Shown here one piece after another: positions 63,517 through 64,000 of a stretch of DNA of 64,000 bases. How positions within the stretch are numbered: position 1 is the stretch's first letter; each line of letters begins with the position of its first letter. This DNA is from Naegleria gruberi. Lineage: Eukaryota. The translations under genes were made by a program, and so were the position numbers. The notes under the pieces are model-generated. The model did not search any database. It saw only the letters and a list, made by a program, of their open reading frames with translations, and had not been told where the DNA came from. The stretch lies in NCBI GenBank assembly GCA_000004985.1, contig GG738863.1, one strand, 5' to 3'.

Positions 63517-64000
63517 TCAGATTTTAAAGTATTTGACACAGATACGACCGATAACACGGAGGATGTAACTGAATGGAATACACAAAATACCCAATACAAT
63601 ACAGACGAGCCATTGATACCAGTTGAGTGGGACAGTGTTAGTGAATCTACCACAGAATTGGACAATGATTGCTTGCATAATACCAGTGAAGAAGAAGATG
63701 ACAATAAACATCCATGACTTGTGAATGGATTCGAAGATGTTCCATTCGTTGTTAATCTTTCTACTGTTGAGTTCGTTGAAAAGTTGGCAGAAGACAAAAG
63801 CATTGAAAACAATAGTATTGTTGACTTCAGAGGCAGAGTAATCTCCAACAGCAGTAGCAAGACATTTACCATCATAACACAAGTATTGATAACCAGTATA
63901 GTAGAGACCCAAAAGGACAACCAATTGATATAAACCTTGACCAATAATGTGAATCCACATATTCTTAGTAATCAAACCATCATTTCTACCGTATGGCTTT
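63517..64000 (-). CDS. C-terminal end of a P-type Ca2+-ATPase (PMCA-like). Partial: the upstream part lies beyond the window end.
   Basis: The minus-strand frame is open to position 64000 (...KPYGRNDGLITKNMWIHIIGQGLYQLVVLLGL...NTIVFNAFVFCQLFNELNSRKI...IIVQFCGRFTNTVPLNWYQWLVCIVLG...). This matches the TM7-TM10 region of plasma-membrane Ca-ATPases (EPYGRNKPLIS..M.KNILG.A.YQL). The stop is at 63517. Confidence 0.7.
   Translation of the reverse strand, partial: KPYGRNDGLITKNMWIHIIGQGLYQLVVLLGLYYTGYQYLCYDGKCLATAVGDYSASEVNNTIVFNAFVFCQLFNELNSRKINNEWNIFESIHKSWMFIVIFFFTGIMQAIIVQFCGRFTNTVPLNWYQWLVCIVLGILCIPFSYILRVIGRICVKYFKI

Noticed and set aside
63448-63717. 89-aa acidic plus-strand ORF
   Set aside because: It overlaps, in antisense, the well-supported C-terminal exon of the Ca-ATPase. 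It has acidic low complexity and no start-context support.
1-64000. Prokaryotic-style systems (CRISPR arrays, toxin-antitoxin pairs, restriction-modification or defence islands, operons)
   Set aside because: The window is eukaryotic. It has spliceosomal introns, the genes are individually motif-recognisable as eukaryotic (INCENP, copine, PRP38, HECT, ARL3), and there are no direct-repeat or spacer arrays or Shine-Dalgarno-coupled operons.

Overview
This window is eukaryotic nuclear DNA, not a prokaryotic island. It is AT-rich (roughly two-thirds A+T by eye), gene-dense on both strands, and contains a 177-nt run of N (18801..18977) that marks an assembly gap. I can support about 35 protein-coding genes, and many of them only make sense once very short spliceosomal introns are removed. 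Introns seen in this window are 38-87 nt, with GTAAGT/GTATGT/GTTAGT/GTAGGT donors and A-rich 3' ends finishing in TAG/CAG/AAG, without an obvious polypyrimidine tract. Codon usage favours CAA, AAA, AGA, GGT, CCA and TCA. The supplied ORF track clearly allows TTG/GTG/CTG starts, so many of its N-terminal M residues are not ATG; I re-anchored start codons and joined exons by hand where splice sites and reading phase agree. Recognisable genes include ARL3, a TBC RabGAP, a TCF25/Rqc1-like protein, a multi-exon copine, a KCTD-type BTB protein, an INCENP homologue with an IN-box, a HUWE1/Tom1-like HECT E3 ligase, a TTC39/Iml2-like TPR protein, an ARID protein, a multi-exon C2-domain protein, a GNAT acetyltransferase, an F-box/LRR protein, a YqiA-like esterase, alternative oxidase, PRP38 and the C-terminus of a PMCA-type Ca-ATPase. 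There is one full-length, apparently intact non-LTR (LINE-like) retrotransposon: ORF1 plus an ORF2 encoding AP-endonuclease, reverse transcriptase and RNase H, overlapping by 14 nt. No rRNA, tRNA or CRISPR array was recognised. The observations most worth a second look are: (1) a protein whose first 13 residues after Met are an almost exact copy of the histone H3 tail (ARTRQTARKSTGG); (2) a secreted, periodic lysine/cysteine-rich protein; (3) a catalytically degenerate membrane-anchored class III cyclase-like protein; (4) a degenerate HAD pseudo-phosphatase; (5) a putative 4-nt micro-exon in the C2-domain gene; and (6) the intact LINE sitting 30-500 nt upstream of the TBC gene start. All homology calls come from motifs I recognise by eye; no database search was possible.
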